From Longimicrobiales bacterium (GTDB lineage Bacteria; Gemmatimonadota; Gemmatimonadetes; Longimicrobiales; Gaopeijiaceae), in the NCBI GenBank assembly GCA_965202985.1, contig CBDBCF010000002.1:672001-736000 (forward strand): DNA of 64,000 nucleotides, read 5' to 3'. This document shows positions 61,962 to 64,000 of this stretch, one piece after another (position 1 is the first letter of the stretch; the number at the start of each line of letters is the position of its first letter). The position numbers and the translations under genes were made by a program. The notes beneath the pieces are model-generated. The model was not told where the DNA came from. It made no database searches and worked only from the letters and a program-made list of their open reading frames with translations.

Positions 61962-63394
61962 CCCGCACGCCGTTCCCGAAGCCGGGTCGGTTGCGACACC
62001 GCGCGCCTGTGGTCTTGTTCGCAGCTGCGCTGGTCGTGGTCGTGTTCGCGGGCGGCATGCTGTTCGAGCAGTCGAAGCCGTTCCCCTACGAACTGCTGCG
62101 GTCCGCCAAGAAGACTGCCGCGACGTTCTGGAACAGAGACTGGGCCAACACGCTGAGGTACCGTCGTTCCGTGCCCGACCTGCGTCCCGACGAAGTGGAG
62201 GCGGCGCGCATCGTGTCTCGCGACCCAGGCGGAATGGTGGACCGCATCGTGTATCTGGGAGGGGCTGGACGGTTCGCCGAATTGTGTCCGGGTCATCTGG
62301 GGTGCATCGCCGTCGAGTACGCCGGCCAAGGCCGGGTCGCCCGCGTCTACCCCTACCGCCCGAGCGAGATCGAGTCAGCGACGATCGTGGAACTGCCCTA
62401 CGAGCTCGCGCTTGGCTTCGATTTTGGCCGCAACAGCATCGTGCGCAGCATGGACACGTATCCAAACGGCGACCTGCTCGTGGTGTTCCAATACCAGCAC
62501 GGCTTCGCCTTCCCTTACGGCGGCGGCGTTGCGCGAATTCGACCCGACGGTACGCCGGCCTGGTATCGGCGAGACTACAGCCATCACGAACCCCACGTCA
62601 ACGACGACGAGACGTCTTGGGTCCCCGGCCTGCGCGTCGGCCAAGGACCCCTCCGCGTGCGCTACGACGCTCCCAAGCGACACATCTCCTTCGAGCTGCC
62701 GCCTTGCGCCAAACCGTACCTCGATACCATTCGCAAGATCGGGCCCGACGGCGAGCTCCTGGAGGAGATCCCGCTCTTCGAGAAGCTGGCCGCTTCCCGC
62801 TATCGATTCTTGTTGCGAACCCCCGGCAACCCGTGCGACCCGATTCACCTGAATTCGGTGCACGAGCTGGGGCCCGACGCGACGGGGCCGTCGGGCATCC
62901 GTCCGGGCGATCTCGTGGCGTCCTTAAGGAACGTGCACGCGTTCGTCGTGCTCGACCGAGACGACTTCGACGTCAAAGCGCTTGTACGGGGAACCTTCAA
63001 CGGGCAGCATTCCGTCAAGCACCTGACGGGCTCCCGGTTTCTCGTGTTCGACAACCTGGGCGTCGAAGCGGACCGAGACGGCCCTTCGCGAGTACTGATG
63101 ATCGATCTGGCCGACGGAAGCGAGACAACGGTATTCCCCGGACCGTTGACGTCCGAAGCTGCGCAACGCCTTGTTTCCCAGACGCGAGGCCAAATCTCCA
63201 TCTCGCCCGATCGGCGAAGGCTGATCGCTACCTTCCACAATACCGTGAAGGCCTTGGAGATCGAGATCGCCACCGGCAAGGTGCTGACCGAGTTCACATC
63301 GGTGCACAACCTGACTCCCCTCGGCGACATCGCAGGAGACGCTCAAATCGTCTTGTTTCCGATGTCGGGACTTCGCTACGTCCTTGACCCGTAA
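61958..63394 (+). CDS. Arylsulfotransferase (ASST)-like beta-propeller protein
   Basis: N-terminal anchor; YPNGDLLVVF, YSHHE, DPIHLNSV, LVASLRN, GQHSVK, VFDNLG. Confidence 0.75.
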   Translation: MTRTPFPKPGRLRHRAPVVLFAAALVVVVFAGGMLFEQSKPFPYELLRSAKKTAATFWNRDWANTLRYRRSVPDLRPDEVEAARIVSRDPGGMVDRIVYLGGAGRFAELCPGHLGCIAVEYAGQGRVARVYPYRPSEIESATIVELPYELALGFDFGRNSIVRSMDTYPNGDLLVVFQYQHGFAFPYGGGVARIRPDGTPAWYRRDYSHHEPHVNDDETSWVPGLRVGQGPLRVRYDAPKRHISFELPPCAKPYLDTIRKIGPDGELLEEIPLFEKLAASRYRFLLRTPGNPCDPIHLNSVHELGPDATGPSGIRPGDLVASLRNVHAFVVLDRDDFDVKALVRGTFNGQHSVKHLTGSRFLVFDNLGVEADRDGPSRVLMIDLADGSETTVFPGPLTSEAAQRLVSQTRGQISISPDRRRLIATFHNTVKALEIEIATGKVLTEFTSVHNLTPLGDIAGDAQIVLFPMSGLRYVLDP

Positions 63395-63442
63395 TCGTCG
63401 GGACCCCAACGCGCGTTGCGCGCCGCCAACGCATTAGCCTTC

Positions 63443-64000
63443 CTGCAGGTGAGCTACGAGCAACCCAAGCAGAGGCTCTCCTTCGAGTTGCCTTGCGGCA
63501 AGCCCCTCGTTGACACCATTGACAAGATCGCGCCCGACGGGGAGCTTCTGGAGAAGATCCCGATCTTCGAGAAGCTGGCCCGTTCCCGCTATCGGTTCTT
63601 GTTGCGAGACGCCGACCCGTGCAACCCGACTCACCTGAATTCGGTGCACGAACTAGGGGCGCGACGCGACGGGGCCGTCGGGCATCCGTCCGGACGACCT
63701 CGTGGCGTCCCTAAGGACTTAGACGCCTTCGTCGTGCTCGACCGGGACAGCTTCGATGTCAAGACGCTCGTGCGAGGAACCTTCAACGGGCAGCATTCCG
63801 TCAAGCACCTGACGGGCGACCGGTTTCTCGTGTTCGACAACTGGGGGGTCGGAGCGGACCGAGACGGCCCTTCGCGAGTGCTGATGATCGATCTGGCCGA
63901 CGGGAGCGAGACGACCGTATTCCCTCGCCCGATCGGCGAAGGCTGCTCGTTACCTTCGCCAGACCGAGGATCTTGGAGATCGAGATCGCCACCGGCAAGG
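63443..64000 (+). pseudogene. 5'-truncated, frameshifted paralogous copy of the ASST-like gene (corresponds to about 62651-63280)
   Basis: Homologous translation LQVSYEQPKQRLSFELPC..HLNSV..GQHSVKHL..VFDN; +1 near 63657, -1 near 63717, about 64-bp deletion at 63924; runs off the window end. Confidence 0.8.

Noticed and set aside
60084..63405. Diversity-generating retroelement TR/VR pair
   Set aside because: Mismatches involve all four bases in both copies rather than adenines only, and no reverse transcriptase is in the window.

Overview
High-GC bacterial chromosome segment. The gene mix (SusC/SusD, SprA-like, GWxTD, DUF4175/DUF4159, VPS10/BNR proteins, many 6-bladed beta-propeller lipoproteins) suggests Gemmatimonadota; this is inference. 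The backbone carries rsmI, trxA, a methylmalonyl-CoA epimerase-like gene, clpB, an OPT transporter, tRNA-Gln(TTG), an Ala/Gly:cation symporter, pilT/pilC/comEA, sprA-like, lptF/lptG and dapF-like genes. Accessory islets sit between them. Highlights: (1) a recurring, partly decayed module of small secreted peptide + thioredoxin/DsbA-fold or PDZ protein + 6-bladed beta-propeller lipoprotein at three loci; (2) a G22 tract in the signal-peptide region that puts susC out of frame (phase variation or artefact); (3) three identical, evenly phased CTGCCATTTTGGCAG palindromes plus a sigma54-like promoter upstream of clpB; (4) a DapF homologue with both catalytic Cys replaced by Ser; (5) a PIN toxin with an unusual putative antitoxin; (6) an arylsulfotransferase-like gene flanked by two partial diverged copies. 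No CRISPR, rRNA, integrase or transposase was seen. All family calls come from motif recognition by eye, not database searches.
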